Source: an uncultured Planctomycetia bacterium (GTDB lineage Bacteria > Omnitrophota > Gorgyraeia > Tantalellales > Tantalellaceae). From it: 64,000 bases of DNA. The stretch is from positions 53,744 through 117,743 of the forward strand of contig CAYQUS010000004.1 in NCBI GenBank assembly GCA_964421015.1, read 5' to 3'. Under the pieces are notes generated by a model. It worked only from the letters and a program-made list of their open reading frames with translations, had not been told where the DNA came from and did not search any database. Shown one piece after another: positions 19,360 through 30,791 of the stretch. The position numbers and the translations under genes were made by a program. Every line of letters begins with the position of its first letter. Within the stretch, counting starts at the first letter, position 1.

Positions 19360-20035
19360 CCGTCAGCCCCTCTTTTCGGAAAAGGGCGGCAATAACTTCA
19401 AAGAGCTTATTTGCTGGCATATCGCCGTCAAGTTCGCGCAAAATATTCTTTTCCCGGTAGTACTTTATAAGTTCCTCGGTCTGGCGCTGATATACAGCCA
19501 ACCTGTTCTTAACCGTTTCGGCCTTATCATCCTCTCTTTGGAAAAGCTCTACACCGCAAGAATCACATATGCCGTTTTTAACAGGAGGCATATTGGTTAT
19601 ATGATAGTTCTTCTTGCATTCCGGGCAAACCCTTCTCCCTGAAAGCCTCTGCACCGCCACATCCTCAGATGTCCTGAAATAAAGAACAAGATCAACTTTT
19701 CCCGAAACATTTCCCATAGCCTGATCAAGGGACTCGGCCTGAGGCCTGGTCCTTGGGTACCCGTCAAGCATTACTCCGTTCTTCGCGTCCGGCTTCGACA
19801 TCCTCTCGAGAACAAGGCTGGTAACTATCTCATCCGGAACCAGCTCTCCTTTGGCCATATACTCTCCGGCTCTTAAGCCGGTCTTGGACTGCTCCTTTAT
19901 CGCAGCCCTGAGCATATCCCCTGTGGAAATATGCAAAAGCCCGTATTCTTTTATCAGAAGCGCCGCCTGTGTTCCTTTTCCGGCTCCGGGAGGCCCTAAA
20001 AGCACCAGATTCATCTTACTTTTGCACTTTGTCAC
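19340..20035 (-). CDS. adk: Adenylate kinase (long form with zinc-binding lid)
   Basis: P-loop GPPGAGKGT; lid CPECKKNY...CDSCG. Confidence 0.9.
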   Translation of the reverse strand: MTKCKSKMNLVLLGPPGAGKGTQAALLIKEYGLLHISTGDMLRAAIKEQSKTGLRAGEYMAKGELVPDEIVTSLVLERMSKPDAKNGVMLDGYPRTRPQAESLDQAMGNVSGKVDLVLYFRTSEDVAVQRLSGRRVCPECKKNYHITNMPPVKNGICDSCGVELFQREDDKAETVKNRLAVYQRQTEELIKYYREKNILRELDGDMPANKLFEVIAALFRKEGLTGDDSSK

Positions 20036-21384
20036 GCCATCCGTCCTTTTACTCTGCCTTTTTTCATGAAACCCTCGTAGTGACGCATCAGCATATGTGA
20101 CTCCACCTGGCGCATCGTGTCAAGCATTACCCCGACAACTATCAAAAGTCCCGTCCCTCCAAAAAAGCTGGCCACCATAAATGGAACCCCCATCTGCCTG
20201 TTTATTATGGAGGGCAGTATAGCGATTATCGTCAGGAATATAGCTCCTGGAAGAGTTATTCTGGTCATTATAAAATCCAGGTACTCCGCCGTTTGCCTGC
20301 CAGGTCTTATTCCGGGAACAAATCCCCCGAACCTTTTAAGGTTATTAGCTATGTCGATCGGATTAAAAGTTATCGCTGCGTAGAAATAGCAGAAGAAAAG
20401 TATCAGAAGAGAATAAACAACAAAATAAAGAGGTCTTCCCATCATAAGAGCGCTGGCAAACCCTTGAACTCCTCTGTGGGGTATAAAGCCCGCTATGGTA
20501 GAAGGGAACAAGATTATAGACTGAGCGAATATTATCGGGATTACTCCTCCCTGGTTCACCTTTAACGGGATGTAAGTGCTCTGTCCGCCGTAAACCCTTC
20601 TTCCAACCACCCTTTTGGCGTACTGCACAGGTATCTTTCTAACCCCCTGTGTCAAAAGCACGACAGCCACGACCACTATCACGAACATAAGAGCCAGCAA
20701 AACCATTTTAAACGCGTCTATCTGCACGTCCCCACCTGTGGTCCCGGGAGTAGCCAGCGCGATAAGCTGCGCGAAAGCTTCGGGCATTCGCGACACTATG
20801 CCTGCCGTTATAATGAGGGAAATACCGTTTCCTATTCCCTTTTCCTGGATCTGCTCGCCCAGCCACATGATGAACGCCGTTCCTGTGGTAAGCGTGATTA
20901 TCGTAAGGAACCTGAAGCCCCACCCCGGGAACTGCACTATCTCAAGCCCCTGGAACCTGTCCGGATTCTCCAACCACAAAGCTATAAAGAAAGACTGTAT
21001 GACCGACAGAATGACCGTAAAATAACGGGTGTACTGCGTTATCTGTTTTCTGCCCTCTTCCCCCTGTTTAGCAAGTCTCTCAAGAGCGGGTATAACCGTT
21101 GTCAAAAGCTGCAATATGATCGATGCCGAAATGTACGGCATTATCCCAAGAGCAAAAATAGTAAGACGCTCCATTGCTCCGCCGGCGAACATGTTAAGTA
21201 TTCCGAACAATGTTCCACCCTGACTTCTGGCCATATTGTCGAAGAACTGAGCCAGTTTAGCCCCGTCAATTCCGGGAGTCGGAATAAAAGCCCCTACCCT
21301 GTAAATAGCAAGGAGTCCCAAAGTCACAAAGATCTTCTTCCTGAGATCAGGTATCTTGAAGATATTTCCAACTGACTCGAACAC
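20032..21384 (-). CDS. secY: Preprotein translocase subunit SecY
   Basis: 450 aa, 10 TM. Confidence 0.9.
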   Translation of the reverse strand: MFESVGNIFKIPDLRKKIFVTLGLLAIYRVGAFIPTPGIDGAKLAQFFDNMARSQGGTLFGILNMFAGGAMERLTIFALGIMPYISASIILQLLTTVIPALERLAKQGEEGRKQITQYTRYFTVILSVIQSFFIALWLENPDRFQGLEIVQFPGWGFRFLTIITLTTGTAFIMWLGEQIQEKGIGNGISLIITAGIVSRMPEAFAQLIALATPGTTGGDVQIDAFKMVLLALMFVIVVVAVVLLTQGVRKIPVQYAKRVVGRRVYGGQSTYIPLKVNQGGVIPIIFAQSIILFPSTIAGFIPHRGVQGFASALMMGRPLYFVVYSLLILFFCYFYAAITFNPIDIANNLKRFGGFVPGIRPGRQTAEYLDFIMTRITLPGAIFLTIIAILPSIINRQMGVPFMVASFFGGTGLLIVVGVMLDTMRQVESHMLMRHYEGFMKKGRVKGRMA

Positions 21385-21894
21385 TTAGATCTCCTTTTCG
21401 TTCTTTGTCTGTCTTATCCGCATTTCACTGGCACGTACAGCGACTATTTCGGCTTTACCGCCCGCATCTTCAATGGCTTTTTTAGCCGAGGCCGAAAAAG
21501 CATTGGCCTTTACAGTGAGCTTTTTCTGAAGCACTCCCTTACCCAAGACCTTAAAAGGGATCCTCTTAGAGTTCATTATCCCGTTCCCCAGCAGAAACTC
21601 CCTGTCCACAACTGAACCTGAACTCAAGGAATCCATCTTTTCCAGTGTTCCTATATTGACTATTCCCCATTCTTTCTTAAACTTATTCGTAAAACCCCTT
21701 TTGGGGAGTTTCCTTATAAGCGGCATCTGTCCGCCTTCGAACCCCGCAGGATAATTTCCTCCTCCGGAACGCGCTTTGGCTCCCTTATGTCCTTTTCCGG
21801 CCGTCTTTCCTCTGCCGGAACCTATACCTCTTCCCTTTCTCTTACCTTTGCCCTTTATGACCGGCTTTGGTATATTCTCTATCCTGAGCACCAT
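21385..21894 (-). CDS. rplO: 50S ribosomal protein L15
   Basis: Glycine-rich N-terminus typical of L15. Confidence 0.9.
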   Translation of the reverse strand: MVLRIENIPKPVIKGKGKRKGRGIGSGRGKTAGKGHKGAKARSGGGNYPAGFEGGQMPLIRKLPKRGFTNKFKKEWGIVNIGTLEKMDSLSSGSVVDREFLLGNGIMNSKRIPFKVLGKGVLQKKLTVKANAFSASAKKAIEDAGGKAEIVAVRASEMRIRQTKNEKEI

Positions 21895-21929
21895 GTCGTT
21901 TCCTTTTCGAGTTTTATATCGTCTTTACG

Positions 21930-22577
21930 TTAATTTTCAGCCAAGGAACCCTTACGTTTCAGCATAAGGTTCTTGAACCCGTTTTCCGTCGCCTTCACCA
22001 CATTGACCGCGTTCCTGGAACCAAGAGTTTTCGTAAGTATATTTTTTATCCCCGCAGCGTCACACATGGCCCTTACCGGACCTCCGGCTATAACTCCCGT
22101 ACCAGGACCTGCCGGTTTAAGGATAACACGTGACGCTTTGAACTTCCCTATGGTCTCGTGAGGGATAGTGTCCTCTCTCATGTTTACTTTAATGAACGCT
22201 TTATTGGCCTGGGCTGTACCTTTTTTAATAGCTTCCACAACTTCGTTGGATTTTCCCAGGCCTATGCCCACATTACCTTTGCCGTCACCCGTTACAACAA
22301 GAGCACTGAACGAAAAATTCTTACCGCCTTTTACTACCTTCGACACCCTGCTTATCTTTATGACCCTCTCGATAAAACCTGAATCGGTCTTCTTTTCCCC
22401 CTGGGAACGCGAAAAACCGTCTTTCTTTTTGCGCTCTCCGCCTTTACCGTCCCGTCCTCTGGATCTCCCGGATCTAGCTTCCGCGGGCTTCTCGGTCTGC
22501 TCCGTGCCGCTTACGGTCTCATTTTCTTTCAGGTTTTCCTCTGTTCCGTCATTTTTAAGTTTCTCATCGCCAGGCAT
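21930..22577 (-). CDS. rpsE: 30S ribosomal protein S5 with an about 65-aa low-complexity N-terminal extension
   Basis: C-terminal 150 aa is canonical S5. The N-terminus is [18 protein letters not shown]-rich. Confidence 0.9.
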   Translation of the reverse strand: MPGDEKLKNDGTEENLKENETVSGTEQTEKPAEARSGRSRGRDGKGGERKKKDGFSRSQGEKKTDSGFIERVIKISRVSKVVKGGKNFSFSALVVTGDGKGNVGIGLGKSNEVVEAIKKGTAQANKAFIKVNMREDTIPHETIGKFKASRVILKPAGPGTGVIAGGPVRAMCDAAGIKNILTKTLGSRNAVNVVKATENGFKNLMLKRKGSLAEN

Positions 22578-22602
22578 TTCGTTTTCTCCTTAAATTAAAC
22601 AA

Positions 22603-22965
22603 CTAAAATTCCAAACCGGCTTTTCTCGCCCCTTCAGCAAGAGCCTTCACGGCCCCGTGATACTTGTAACCGCCCCGGTCAAAAACGATCTTTTTTACTC
22701 CTTTACCGATCGCAGCCTCAGCTATCCTCCCGCCAAGCGCCTCAGCGTGTTTGGTGCTGGTTTTTGTCGTCCCTTTGGCGGAAGTCTTAGAACCCCCGGT
22801 TTTAGTGGACGCTCCGCATATCGTCTTTCCGGTTATGTCGTCTATAACCTGCACATAGATGTTCTTATTGGACTTATGCACAGCCATCCTGGGCCTATCA
22901 ACCGTCCCGGAAACTTTTTTTCTTACTGATTTTTTACGCCGTTCTTTCTGCTTAAGCTTGTCCAT
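22603..22965 (-). CDS. rplR: 50S ribosomal protein L18
   Basis: 120 aa. Confidence 0.9.
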   Translation of the reverse strand: MDKLKQKERRKKSVRKKVSGTVDRPRMAVHKSNKNIYVQVIDDITGKTICGASTKTGGSKTSAKGTTKTSTKHAEALGGRIAEAAIGKGVKKIVFDRGGYKYHGAVKALAEGARKAGLEF

Positions 22966-23000
22966 ATATTTCCTTTTTAGATTTTATCAGGTTACAGCTT

Positions 23001-23537
23001 TTATGCCACGCTCTTGCCCTGTTTCTGCCTTACATATTCGCCCTCATACCTTATTCCTTTGCCTTTATACGGTTCGGGCGGGTAAAAATTCCTTATGTCA
23101 GCCGCTACCTGTCCTACAACCTGTTTATCCGGACCTTTGATCACTATCTGGGTAGGCGCCGGGGTCTCTATGGTAATATCCTTAGGCGGGGTAAACTTCA
23201 CGCTATGAGAAAAACCTATATCCAGAACAAGCTCTTTACCCTTCATCTGGGCTTTATATCCTACGCCCTGTATCTCCAGTTTCTTCTGAAAACCAACCGT
23301 AAGTCCGGTTATAGTGTTCTGTATCAAGCTCCTCGTTGTCCCATGCAGGGCTCTGTTTATACCCGAATCGGAAGGTCTGGATATGGTGAGAGCCGTGCCT
23401 TTAACTTCCGCTGTAAAACCTTCGGGAAGAACATGCTGCACTGTCTTTCCCTTGGCCTCAACACTCACTACTTTTCCTTTTACTTCCACCTTTATACCCG
23501 AAGGGATCTCAACGGGTTTCTTCCCTACTCTCGACAT
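23001..23537 (-). CDS. rplF: 50S ribosomal protein L6
   Basis: 178 aa. Confidence 0.9.
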   Translation of the reverse strand: MSRVGKKPVEIPSGIKVEVKGKVVSVEAKGKTVQHVLPEGFTAEVKGTALTISRPSDSGINRALHGTTRSLIQNTITGLTVGFQKKLEIQGVGYKAQMKGKELVLDIGFSHSVKFTPPKDITIETPAPTQIVIKGPDKQVVGQVAADIRNFYPPEPYKGKGIRYEGEYVRQKQGKSVA

Positions 23538-23556
23538 TACAATTCTCCTTTTTCAA

Positions 23557-23955
23557 TTACCAGAGATGACAGATAACTTCTCCGCCTATACCCTGCTCTT
23601 TTGCCTCTTTATCCGTCATCATACCTTTGTTCGTGGAGATCACGGCTATTCCCACTCCCGCTACCACGCTTTTTATGCTTTTAGCCTTAAGGAATTCTCT
23701 CCTTCCCGGCTTTGAGACCCTCACAAGTTTCGTAAGCACAGGGGTTTCGTCGACCTCATATTTCAGATAGACCTTTACCTCACCCTGTTTCTTATCCTCG
23801 ATCTCCTTGAAATTCTCTATAAAACCTTCCCTTTTAGCTATCTCCAGGACCTGAACCAGCATTTTAGACCTTTTTACCGTAACCGTCTTTTTGCCGGCCA
23901 TTATCGCGTTCCTTATAACTGTTAGCTGATCCGCTATAAAATCCGAAACACTCAT
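23557..23955 (-). CDS. rpsH: 30S ribosomal protein S8
   Basis: 132 aa. Confidence 0.9.
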   Translation of the reverse strand: MSVSDFIADQLTVIRNAIMAGKKTVTVKRSKMLVQVLEIAKREGFIENFKEIEDKKQGEVKVYLKYEVDETPVLTKLVRVSKPGRREFLKAKSIKSVVAGVGIAVISTNKGMMTDKEAKEQGIGGEVICHLW

Positions 23956-23993
23956 TTACTTTTTCTCCTTGTTTTTCGCCCGTACAACCGCTT

Positions 23994-24179
23994 CTACCAG
24001 CTCGCTTTCTTCACGCCCGGTATATCCCCTTTGGACGCCAACTCCCTGAAACATATCCTGCAAAGCTTGAATCGTTTCAAATACCCCTTTTTCCTTCCGC
24101 ATATCTGACAACGCGTTATAACACGCGTGGAAAACTTGGGGGTCATTCTGCTCTTTTCCAATAATCCTTTTTTCGCCAT
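23994..24179 (-). CDS. rpsN: 30S ribosomal protein S14, zinc-binding type Z
   Basis: 61 aa with CQICGRKKG...CRIC. Confidence 0.9.
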   Translation of the reverse strand: MAKKGLLEKSRMTPKFSTRVITRCQICGRKKGYLKRFKLCRICFRELASKGDIPGVKKASW

Positions 24180-24221
24180 TTTTTCCTCTTGTATTCCTTA
24201 TTTTTGTCGAAGATGCCTTTT

Positions 24222-24764
24222 TTACTTTTTGGTAAAGGGCATTCCAAAAGCCTCCAGAAGCCCCATGGCCTCTTCAGCTGTTCCAGCCGTTGTTACTATG
24301 CATATATCCATCCCATGGCTCATCGGGATCTTGTCGAGTTCAAGCTCTGGAAATATAGTCTGTTCCTTTATTCCCAGGGTGTAATTCCCATTCTGGTCAA
24401 AAGCGGTCCTTGAAACGCCCCTGAAGTCCTTTATACGAGGTATCACAAAATTAATGACCCTGTCGAGAAATTCATACATTTTATCCTTCCTCAGAGTCAC
24501 CTTATAACCTACCGGCACGCCTTCTCTTATTTTAAAGTTAGAAATGGCTTTCTTCGACCTGGTTATGCTGGGCCGCTGCCCGGTTATAGCCGCAAGCTCG
24601 TTACGGACAGGCTCTATAAGGTCCTTTTGGTGAGCCATTTCGCCCATACCGACATTGACAACTATCTTTTGGAGCTTCGGTACCTGCATCTTGTTGGCGT
24701 AACCGAACTTTTTCATAAGACCCGGAACTATTTCCTTGTCATACATCTCTTTAAGTCTTGCCAT
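24222..24764 (-). CDS. rplE: 50S ribosomal protein L5
   Basis: 180 aa. Confidence 0.9.
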   Translation of the reverse strand: MARLKEMYDKEIVPGLMKKFGYANKMQVPKLQKIVVNVGMGEMAHQKDLIEPVRNELAAITGQRPSITRSKKAISNFKIREGVPVGYKVTLRKDKMYEFLDRVINFVIPRIKDFRGVSRTAFDQNGNYTLGIKEQTIFPELELDKIPMSHGMDICIVTTAGTAEEAMGLLEAFGMPFTKK

Positions 24765-24811
24765 ATTGTATCTTCCTCTTTCGTGTAGCCTTTTTTATTG
24801 AGTTACCGATA

Positions 24812-25123
24812 TCAAAGCACTTCTTTACACTTCCGGCAGAACCTTACCTTTGACCCGTCGCTGAGTATATCCATACCGACCCTTGTAGGCCTGTTGCAAC
24901 CTTTACACACAACAGCCAGATTGGATATATTTATCGGCGATTCCTTATGCATTATCCCGCCCTGGTCGTCCTGTCTTGTCCTGCGTTTATGCTTAACGGC
25001 GAAATTCACTCCCTGTACTATGGCTCTGTTGGTGGAAGGATACACCTTCAGCACCTTCCCTGTCTTGCCTTTATCCTTGCCGGCAAGCACCTTTACCGTA
25101 TCGTTCTTCTTTATACTTAACAT
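24812..25123 (-). CDS. rplX: 50S ribosomal protein L24 with a C-terminal Cys4 zinc-ribbon-like tail
   Basis: KOW motif at the N-terminus. The C-terminus is [11 protein letters not shown]...CRKC. Confidence 0.85.
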   Translation of the reverse strand: MLSIKKNDTVKVLAGKDKGKTGKVLKVYPSTNRAIVQGVNFAVKHKRRTRQDDQGGIMHKESPINISNLAVVCKGCNRPTRVGMDILSDGSKVRFCRKCKEVL

Positions 25124-25155
25124 GTCTCTCCCGAAATATTTTCCTTTTCCCCTGA

Positions 25156-25524
25156 CTATATTACCTCTGGGGCAAGCGATATTATCTTCATAAAGTTTTT
25201 GCGTCTAAGCTCACGGGCGACCGGACCAAAAACACGTGTCCCTCTCGGGTTTCCGTCCTTGTCTATTATGACGACCGCGTTATGGTCAAAACGTAAAAGA
25301 GTTCCGTCTTCCCGGTGTATGGGATAAGCCGTTCTCACTACTACTCCCCTTACAACCTCTCCTTTTTTAACCTCGGCCGTGGGAGTGGACTCTTTTATAT
25401 TGCACGTTATAACGTCCCCTATCTCCGCCGTGCTTCTTCCCGACCTTCCTATCACACCTATCATGGATGCCTTTTTAGCGCCGCTATTGTCGGCCACATC
25501 CAGTATAGTTCCCATTATTATCAT
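25156..25524 (-). CDS. rplN: 50S ribosomal protein L14
   Basis: 122 aa. Confidence 0.9.
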   Translation of the reverse strand: MIIMGTILDVADNSGAKKASMIGVIGRSGRSTAEIGDVITCNIKESTPTAEVKKGEVVRGVVVRTAYPIHREDGTLLRFDHNAVVIIDKDGNPRGTRVFGPVARELRRKNFMKIISLAPEVI

Positions 25525-25796
25525 TTCTTCTTTACCTCCTCCGCCTTCTGGATTATCTCTCTAAGTATCCAGGTCTTCTCCTTAGATATAGGGCGGACCT
25601 CCTCTACCATAACAAGATCTCCCTCAGAAGCCTCGTTTTTCTCGTCATGAGCTTTTATCTTTTTGTGCCCTCTGACAAATTTCTTATAGATGGGGTGCCT
25701 TTTCCGGGTCTCCCAGAGCACTGTCACTGTTTTGTCCATCTTATCGCTTATAACAGTGCCGATTATGGTCTTTTTAAGAGGTTTTTGTGAGTTCAC
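25521..25796 (-). CDS. rpsQ: 30S ribosomal protein S17
   Basis: 91 aa. Confidence 0.9.
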   Translation of the reverse strand: MNSQKPLKKTIIGTVISDKMDKTVTVLWETRKRHPIYKKFVRGHKKIKAHDEKNEASEGDLVMVEEVRPISKEKTWILREIIQKAEEVKKK

Positions 25797-25980
25797 CTTT
25801 CTTCTCCTTTAAAATTGTAAGGCAGCGTGCTATATCCTTTTTAAGCAGTGAAAAACCGCTGGGCCTTTCCACTCTTCCCGTAACCATTTCAGCTCTCATC
25901 TTAAAAAGCTGTTCCTTTAAGCCCGCTAGTTTGTCCTCTAACTCCGGGACCGTCATTTCTCTGACCTCTTTCGGCTTCAA
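25774..25980 (-). CDS. rpmC: 50S ribosomal protein L29
   Basis: 68 aa. Confidence 0.9.
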   Translation of the reverse strand: MKPKEVREMTVPELEDKLAGLKEQLFKMRAEMVTGRVERPSGFSLLKKDIARCLTILKEKKGELTKTS

Positions 25981-26396
25981 CTTTTTCCTCCTCTGGTGAT
26001 AAATCTTGTCTTCATGGGGAGTTTATGCGCCGACAGCCGGAAAGCCTCTCGAGCCATGTCCAACGGTACACCTTCCATTTCGAATATCACTCGTCCCTTC
26101 TTAACAACAGCCACCCAGCCGACGGGCGTTCCTTTTCCCTTACCCATACGAGTTTCCGCCGGAGTTTCGGTATATGGCTTGTCAGGAAAAACCCTTATCC
26201 ATAGTTTCCCCGCTCGTCCGGTCTCTCTCATAAGAGCTACCCTGGCCGCTTCGATCTGTCTGTCGGTCATCCATGCTGTCTCTATGGCCTTGAGGCCGAA
26301 TTCACCGAAACTTAAACTGCAAGCCCCTGAACTCACACCCCTTCTTTTTCCTCTCTGCTGCTTCCTGAATTTGACCCTCTTGGGCATCATAGCCAT
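25977..26396 (-). CDS. rplP: 50S ribosomal protein L16
   Basis: 139 aa. Confidence 0.9.
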   Translation of the reverse strand: MAMMPKRVKFRKQQRGKRRGVSSGACSLSFGEFGLKAIETAWMTDRQIEAARVALMRETGRAGKLWIRVFPDKPYTETPAETRMGKGKGTPVGWVAVVKKGRVIFEMEGVPLDMAREAFRLSAHKLPMKTRFITRGGKS

Positions 26397-26410
26397 CGCT
26401 TACTGCTCCT

Positions 26411-27109
26411 CTATTCGCTAACGTTCTTCTTTTCTTTTTCCGGAGACTTATCTTTCGCTATACCCGGAACTTCTCTTGTGAACTTTTCCCCTTTGTATAT
26501 CCATACCTTTACGCCTATCAAACCATAAGCTGTCCTTGCCTCGGAAAAACCGTAATCTATATCAGCTCTTAGCGTATGAAGAGGTATCTTGCCCCACTTA
26601 TATCCTTCGGACCTGGCTATTTCCGCACCCGCCAGACGCCCGGAACACTTCACCTTTATACCTTCTCCGCCAGCGTCCTTAAGCGACTGTATCGTCTTTT
26701 TCATCGCTCGCCTGAACGCTATCCTTTTAACAAGCTGGAAAGCGATACTGTCAGCCACTATTTTCGCGTCCAACGCAGGATTAGAAATTTCCTTAACATC
26801 GATAAAAAGCTTGTTCTGATCCCCTATTATCTGCTGTATCTCCTCTTTAAGCGTCTCTATCTGGGCTCCCTTGCGTCCTATTATCATACCGGGTCTTCCG
26901 GCGTGTATTATCACCCTGACCCTCTGATTGGCCCGTTCAATATCCACACGCGATACCATCGCCTGCGTCAATGTTTTCTCGGCTATCTTCCTGATCTTGC
27001 AATCCTGCAGAAGCTGATCAGCGTACGCTCCCTTAGAAGCATACCATCTACTGTTCCAGTCGCGTATCACACCCAGTCTGAAACTTATAGGGTTGACCTT
27101 TTGTCCCAT
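26411..27109 (-). CDS. rpsC: 30S ribosomal protein S3
   Basis: 232 aa, KH domain. Confidence 0.9.
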   Translation of the reverse strand: MGQKVNPISFRLGVIRDWNSRWYASKGAYADQLLQDCKIRKIAEKTLTQAMVSRVDIERANQRVRVIIHAGRPGMIIGRKGAQIETLKEEIQQIIGDQNKLFIDVKEISNPALDAKIVADSIAFQLVKRIAFRRAMKKTIQSLKDAGGEGIKVKCSGRLAGAEIARSEGYKWGKIPLHTLRADIDYGFSEARTAYGLIGVKVWIYKGEKFTREVPGIAKDKSPEKEKKNVSE

Positions 27110-27110
27110 A

Positions 27111-27512
27111 TTAACTCTCCGCCTTGGTTTTCTTTTTCTTTTTGCTTTTCTCCGCTATTTTAACTGCTCTCTCAGGAACAACCTCAAGCTCAACCTTCAG
27201 ATGAGTCGTCCTGTGCCTGACCGAAGTGGCTCTTCCCATCGTGGCAGCCCTGTACCGTACCAGCATAGGCCCGCCGTTAGCTGACAATTGTGATATGTAA
27301 AGATCGTTCGTAAGAAACTTTTCCTGACGGTTGAAATTCGCGTTAGCGAAAGCCGAACTTAAGACCTTCCTTATCGGGACAGCCGCCATCTTATTGACGT
27401 TATCCAGAATAAAGTTCGCTTCTTCAACTGTCTTTCCCTTTATGAGGGCTACCACAAGCCCTGCTTTTCGGGGAGACATTCTTATGTATTTCGCTTCTGC
27501 CTTGGCAATCAT
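27111..27512 (-). CDS. rplV: 50S ribosomal protein L22
   Basis: 133 aa. Confidence 0.9.
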   Translation of the reverse strand: MIAKAEAKYIRMSPRKAGLVVALIKGKTVEEANFILDNVNKMAAVPIRKVLSSAFANANFNRQEKFLTNDLYISQLSANGGPMLVRYRAATMGRATSVRHRTTHLKVELEVVPERAVKIAEKSKKKKKTKAES

Positions 27513-27561
27513 TTTTCTTTTTCCCTTTTATTAGAAATCAACTTTTCCTACAGCTCTACCT

Positions 27562-27846
27562 TTAGGTCTTCTCAAGAGAAGTCTTAGTAGCCGCTCCGTG
27601 ACTCCTGAAAGTACGCGTTGGAGCGAACTCTCCCAACTTGTGTCCTACCATGTTCTCCGTGATGAATACCGGATGGAACTTTCTTCCGTCGTGTATTGAT
27701 ATGGTCAACCCAACGAAATCAGGAAGAACGGTAGACTCTCTCGCCCAGGTCTTTATGGGCTTCTTGCTCCCCGTTTCTATCATTTTGTCGACTTTTTTCT
27801 TAAGCTTTTCGTCTACAAACGGGCCTTTTTTGACCGACCTTGACAT
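27562..27846 (-). CDS. rpsS: 30S ribosomal protein S19
   Basis: 94 aa. Confidence 0.9.
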   Translation of the reverse strand: MSRSVKKGPFVDEKLKKKVDKMIETGSKKPIKTWARESTVLPDFVGLTISIHDGRKFHPVFITENMVGHKLGEFAPTRTFRSHGAATKTSLEKT

Positions 27847-27848
27847 CT

Positions 27849-28670
27849 CTATCCCCTCCGTTTAATTATCTTCTTGGAAGACGCCTTTTTGCGCTTCCTG
27901 GTCTTAAGACCCTTAGTTATTTTTCCCCAGGGAGTAACCGGATGTCTTCCGCCGGACGATTTCCCCTCGCCTCCGCCCATCGGATGGTCAACCGGGTTCT
28001 TTGCTACGGCTCTGGAAAGAGGGGCTATTCCCCTGTGCCTGCTTCTCCCTGCTTTGCCTATGGATATATTCTCATGGTCCGCATTACCCACCTTACCCAG
28101 AGTAGCGTAACAATTCTCGTTAACAAGCCTGACCTCACCGCTGGGCATTCTCAAGTGTATGTTCTTGCCGTCTTTGGCTTCAAGAACCGCGTTATTTCCT
28201 GCGGATCTAGCTATCTTAGCCCCACGGCCAGGATCCATTTCTACACAATAAACCTCCGACCCTAGAGGAACCCTCCTGAGAGGCATCGAATTACCCACCT
28301 CTATCGCGGCCTCCGGGCCGCTTTCAAGCCGTGTTCCTATCTTTAACCCTTCCGGGGCTATCGTGTAACACTTAACCCCATCGGGATATTGTAAGAGGGC
28401 TATGTTAGCGGAACGGTTCGGATCATACTCGATGGAAAGAACCTCCCCCGACATACCCTTCTTTGTGTAATCAAAATCGATAAGCCTGTATCGTCTCTTA
28501 TGTCCGCCGCCTATTCCTCTCGAGGTTATGCGCCCCAGATTATTCCGCCCGCCGGTTTTACGCAAAGTAACAGTAAGAGACTTTTCCGGATAGGACCTGG
28601 TTATCTCTGAACCTTCTGAAACCGACGACCATCTTGTTCCTGGTGTTCTTGGCCTGTACTTCTTAACCAT
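27849..28670 (-). CDS. rplB: 50S ribosomal protein L2
   Basis: 273 aa. Confidence 0.9.
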   Translation of the reverse strand: MVKKYRPRTPGTRWSSVSEGSEITRSYPEKSLTVTLRKTGGRNNLGRITSRGIGGGHKRRYRLIDFDYTKKGMSGEVLSIEYDPNRSANIALLQYPDGVKCYTIAPEGLKIGTRLESGPEAAIEVGNSMPLRRVPLGSEVYCVEMDPGRGAKIARSAGNNAVLEAKDGKNIHLRMPSGEVRLVNENCYATLGKVGNADHENISIGKAGRSRHRGIAPLSRAVAKNPVDHPMGGGEGKSSGGRHPVTPWGKITKGLKTRKRKKASSKKIIKRRG

Positions 28671-28671
28671 A

Positions 28672-28950
28672 TCAAGTTACCTCTATTCTGTTTTCCGGTT
28701 TGAGCGTGACTATGGCTTTCTTCCAGGAGGGAGTCATTCCCTGTTTCAGTCTCACTCTTTTCTTCTTTCCCCTGACAATCATCACATTGACGCTGTCGAC
28801 TTTTACCTTATAGACGTTTTCAACGGCATTCTTTATCTCTATCTTATTGGCCCGGCTGTCGACCTTAAAGAGATATTTGTTCTGAGCCAATATCGACGAG
28901 CCTTTCTCTGTCCGTATCATATGTTTCAACACTTCATGGGAATTTCTCAT
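28672..28950 (-). CDS. rplW: 50S ribosomal protein L23
   Basis: 92 aa. Confidence 0.9.
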   Translation of the reverse strand: MRNSHEVLKHMIRTEKGSSILAQNKYLFKVDSRANKIEIKNAVENVYKVKVDSVNVMIVRGKKKRVRLKQGMTPSWKKAIVTLKPENRIEVT

Positions 28951-29582
28951 CTTAACCTCTCGATCAGTTTTTCAAAGGCTTCTTTTTCTATCACGATATG
29001 ATCGTGAAGAAGAACATCCCTCGCGTTCAAATTCCTCCCCTCCATCAGCCTGACCCCGTCAAGATTCCGGAAAGAAAGTTTAACGTTATCAGACATAACA
29101 TCCACTATCACGAGGGCTTTTCCGTCCACATTAAGCTTATCCAGTATCCCTCTGGAAACTTTGGCTTTCGGTTCAGCCATCTCTATCTTAACTACCGCTT
29201 TTATCATCTGCTCCAAAAGCCTCGCGTTAAGGCCTGAAAGCAGAGCCTTTCGCGCGGCTTTTTTGGGCATAGCGTAACCGAAATCCCTCGGGGTGGGGCC
29301 GAAAACAACTCCTCCGTGCCGCCATAGAGGGTTACGAGTTGACCCGACTCTCGCCCTGCCCGTACCCTTCTGACGCCATGGTTTTATTCCTCCGCCGGAA
29401 ACATCCCCTCTGGTTTTGGTAGATGCCGTACCCCTGCGCCTGTTGTTCTCATACATCTTTTTGGCCTCGTACAACAGGGTAGTGTTAACCGTGCCGTCGA
29501 AAAGATCCTTATCAAGAAGGATGTTCCCAACTACCTTTCCCTCGAGGTCATATACCGGTAATCTGTTATTGATTTTTTCCAT
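28947..29582 (-). CDS. rplD: 50S ribosomal protein L4
   Basis: 211 aa. Confidence 0.9.
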   Translation of the reverse strand: MEKINNRLPVYDLEGKVVGNILLDKDLFDGTVNTTLLYEAKKMYENNRRRGTASTKTRGDVSGGGIKPWRQKGTGRARVGSTRNPLWRHGGVVFGPTPRDFGYAMPKKAARKALLSGLNARLLEQMIKAVVKIEMAEPKAKVSRGILDKLNVDGKALVIVDVMSDNVKLSFRNLDGVRLMEGRNLNARDVLLHDHIVIEKEAFEKLIERLR

Positions 29583-29641
29583 TTTGTGGCTCTTCCTTAC
29601 ATTTTCCCGTTGTAACCGGATTTCGATTGATTTTTAATATC

Positions 29642-30340
29642 CTACTTTTTGCCTTTTTCTTCGGACGGTTCCGCCTCAGCTTCCGCCGACTCTTCTTTTC
29701 TTGGAGCTATCTCGCACTTCTTCGCATACCTGACGATAACGAAAGAACCATTGGCTCCGGGAACGGCGCCTTTTACCATCAGTATGTTCTCCTCTTTATT
29801 GACATCTACTACCTCGAGGTTCTGCACCGTAACTCTTTCAGCCCCCATATGTCCGGCCATCCCCAGTCCTTTAAAAACCCTGGAAGGGAAAGAACTCTGG
29901 CCTATGGAACCCGGGGCCCTGTGCGACATCGAGCCGTGCGTATCTCCGCCTCCGTACCAGTTGCAGCGTTTCATACCTCCCTGAAAACCCTTTCCCTTTG
30001 AAATACCCGCGACATCCACCATATCGCCCTTCTGGAATATCCTGCTTGTCACCTCGTCGCCCACTTTAACATCGGCCACGTTGTCGCATCTTATCTCCCT
30101 GACGAATTTTTTAGGCTTAAGACCCAGAGCCTTCAGAAGATCCCGCTGCGGTTTATTGGTCCTTTTTTCCTTTGCGTCGCAAAACCCGAGCTGCACCGCG
30201 TTATACCCGTCGCGTTCCGACACCTTTATGGCTTGGACCGTGCACGGGCCCGCTTCAAGAACCGTGACCGGGATGCTTATCCCGTCTTCCGTAAAAACCC
30301 TTGTCATTCCTATTTTCTTGCCCAATATTCCTGGTATCAT
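29642..30340 (-). CDS. rplC: 50S ribosomal protein L3
   Basis: 232 aa. Confidence 0.9.
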   Translation of the reverse strand: MIPGILGKKIGMTRVFTEDGISIPVTVLEAGPCTVQAIKVSERDGYNAVQLGFCDAKEKRTNKPQRDLLKALGLKPKKFVREIRCDNVADVKVGDEVTSRIFQKGDMVDVAGISKGKGFQGGMKRCNWYGGGDTHGSMSHRAPGSIGQSSFPSRVFKGLGMAGHMGAERVTVQNLEVVDVNKEENILMVKGAVPGANGSFVIVRYAKKCEIAPRKEESAEAEAEPSEEKGKK

Positions 30341-30391
30341 CTTTTCCTCTCTATGGTCTCTATCTCCGTTTTAGCGTTTTATTATGGGGGC

Positions 30392-30712
30392 TCATTGCTT
30401 TATTTCGACATCAACACCAGCGGGAAGGTCCAGCTTACGTAAAGCGTCGATCGTCTTCGACGTAGCGTCGACAATGTCAAGAAGCCTCTTATGGGTCTTG
30501 AGCTCAAACTGCTCTCGCGACTTCTTATCCACGTGCGGCGACCTCAAAACAGTGTAGAGCTCCCTCTTGGTAGGCAGCGGTATCGGTCCAAGGACCGTTG
30601 CGCCCGTCTTCTTCACCGTATCGACTATTTCGCTCATAGAAATATCCAGAAGCTTATGATCGAAAGACTTTAACCGTAAACGTATTTTCGCCTGTTTTAC
30701 CTTTTTTGCCAT
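30392..30712 (-). CDS. rpsJ: 30S ribosomal protein S10
   Basis: 106 aa. Confidence 0.9.
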   Translation of the reverse strand: MAKKVKQAKIRLRLKSFDHKLLDISMSEIVDTVKKTGATVLGPIPLPTKRELYTVLRSPHVDKKSREQFELKTHKRLLDIVDATSKTIDALRKLDLPAGVDVEIKQ

Positions 30713-30791
30713 TTTACCCTCTGTTTTTACTGTATAATTGCCGCGAGCACTTTATCAACTTTGCTTTTGCGGTCTTTCTGTTAATCAAAAC

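Noticed and set aside
21895-21929. Looked for rpmD (L30) between rpsE and rplO
   Set aside because: There is only a 35-nt gap and no small ORF in any frame. L30 is genuinely absent from this operon.
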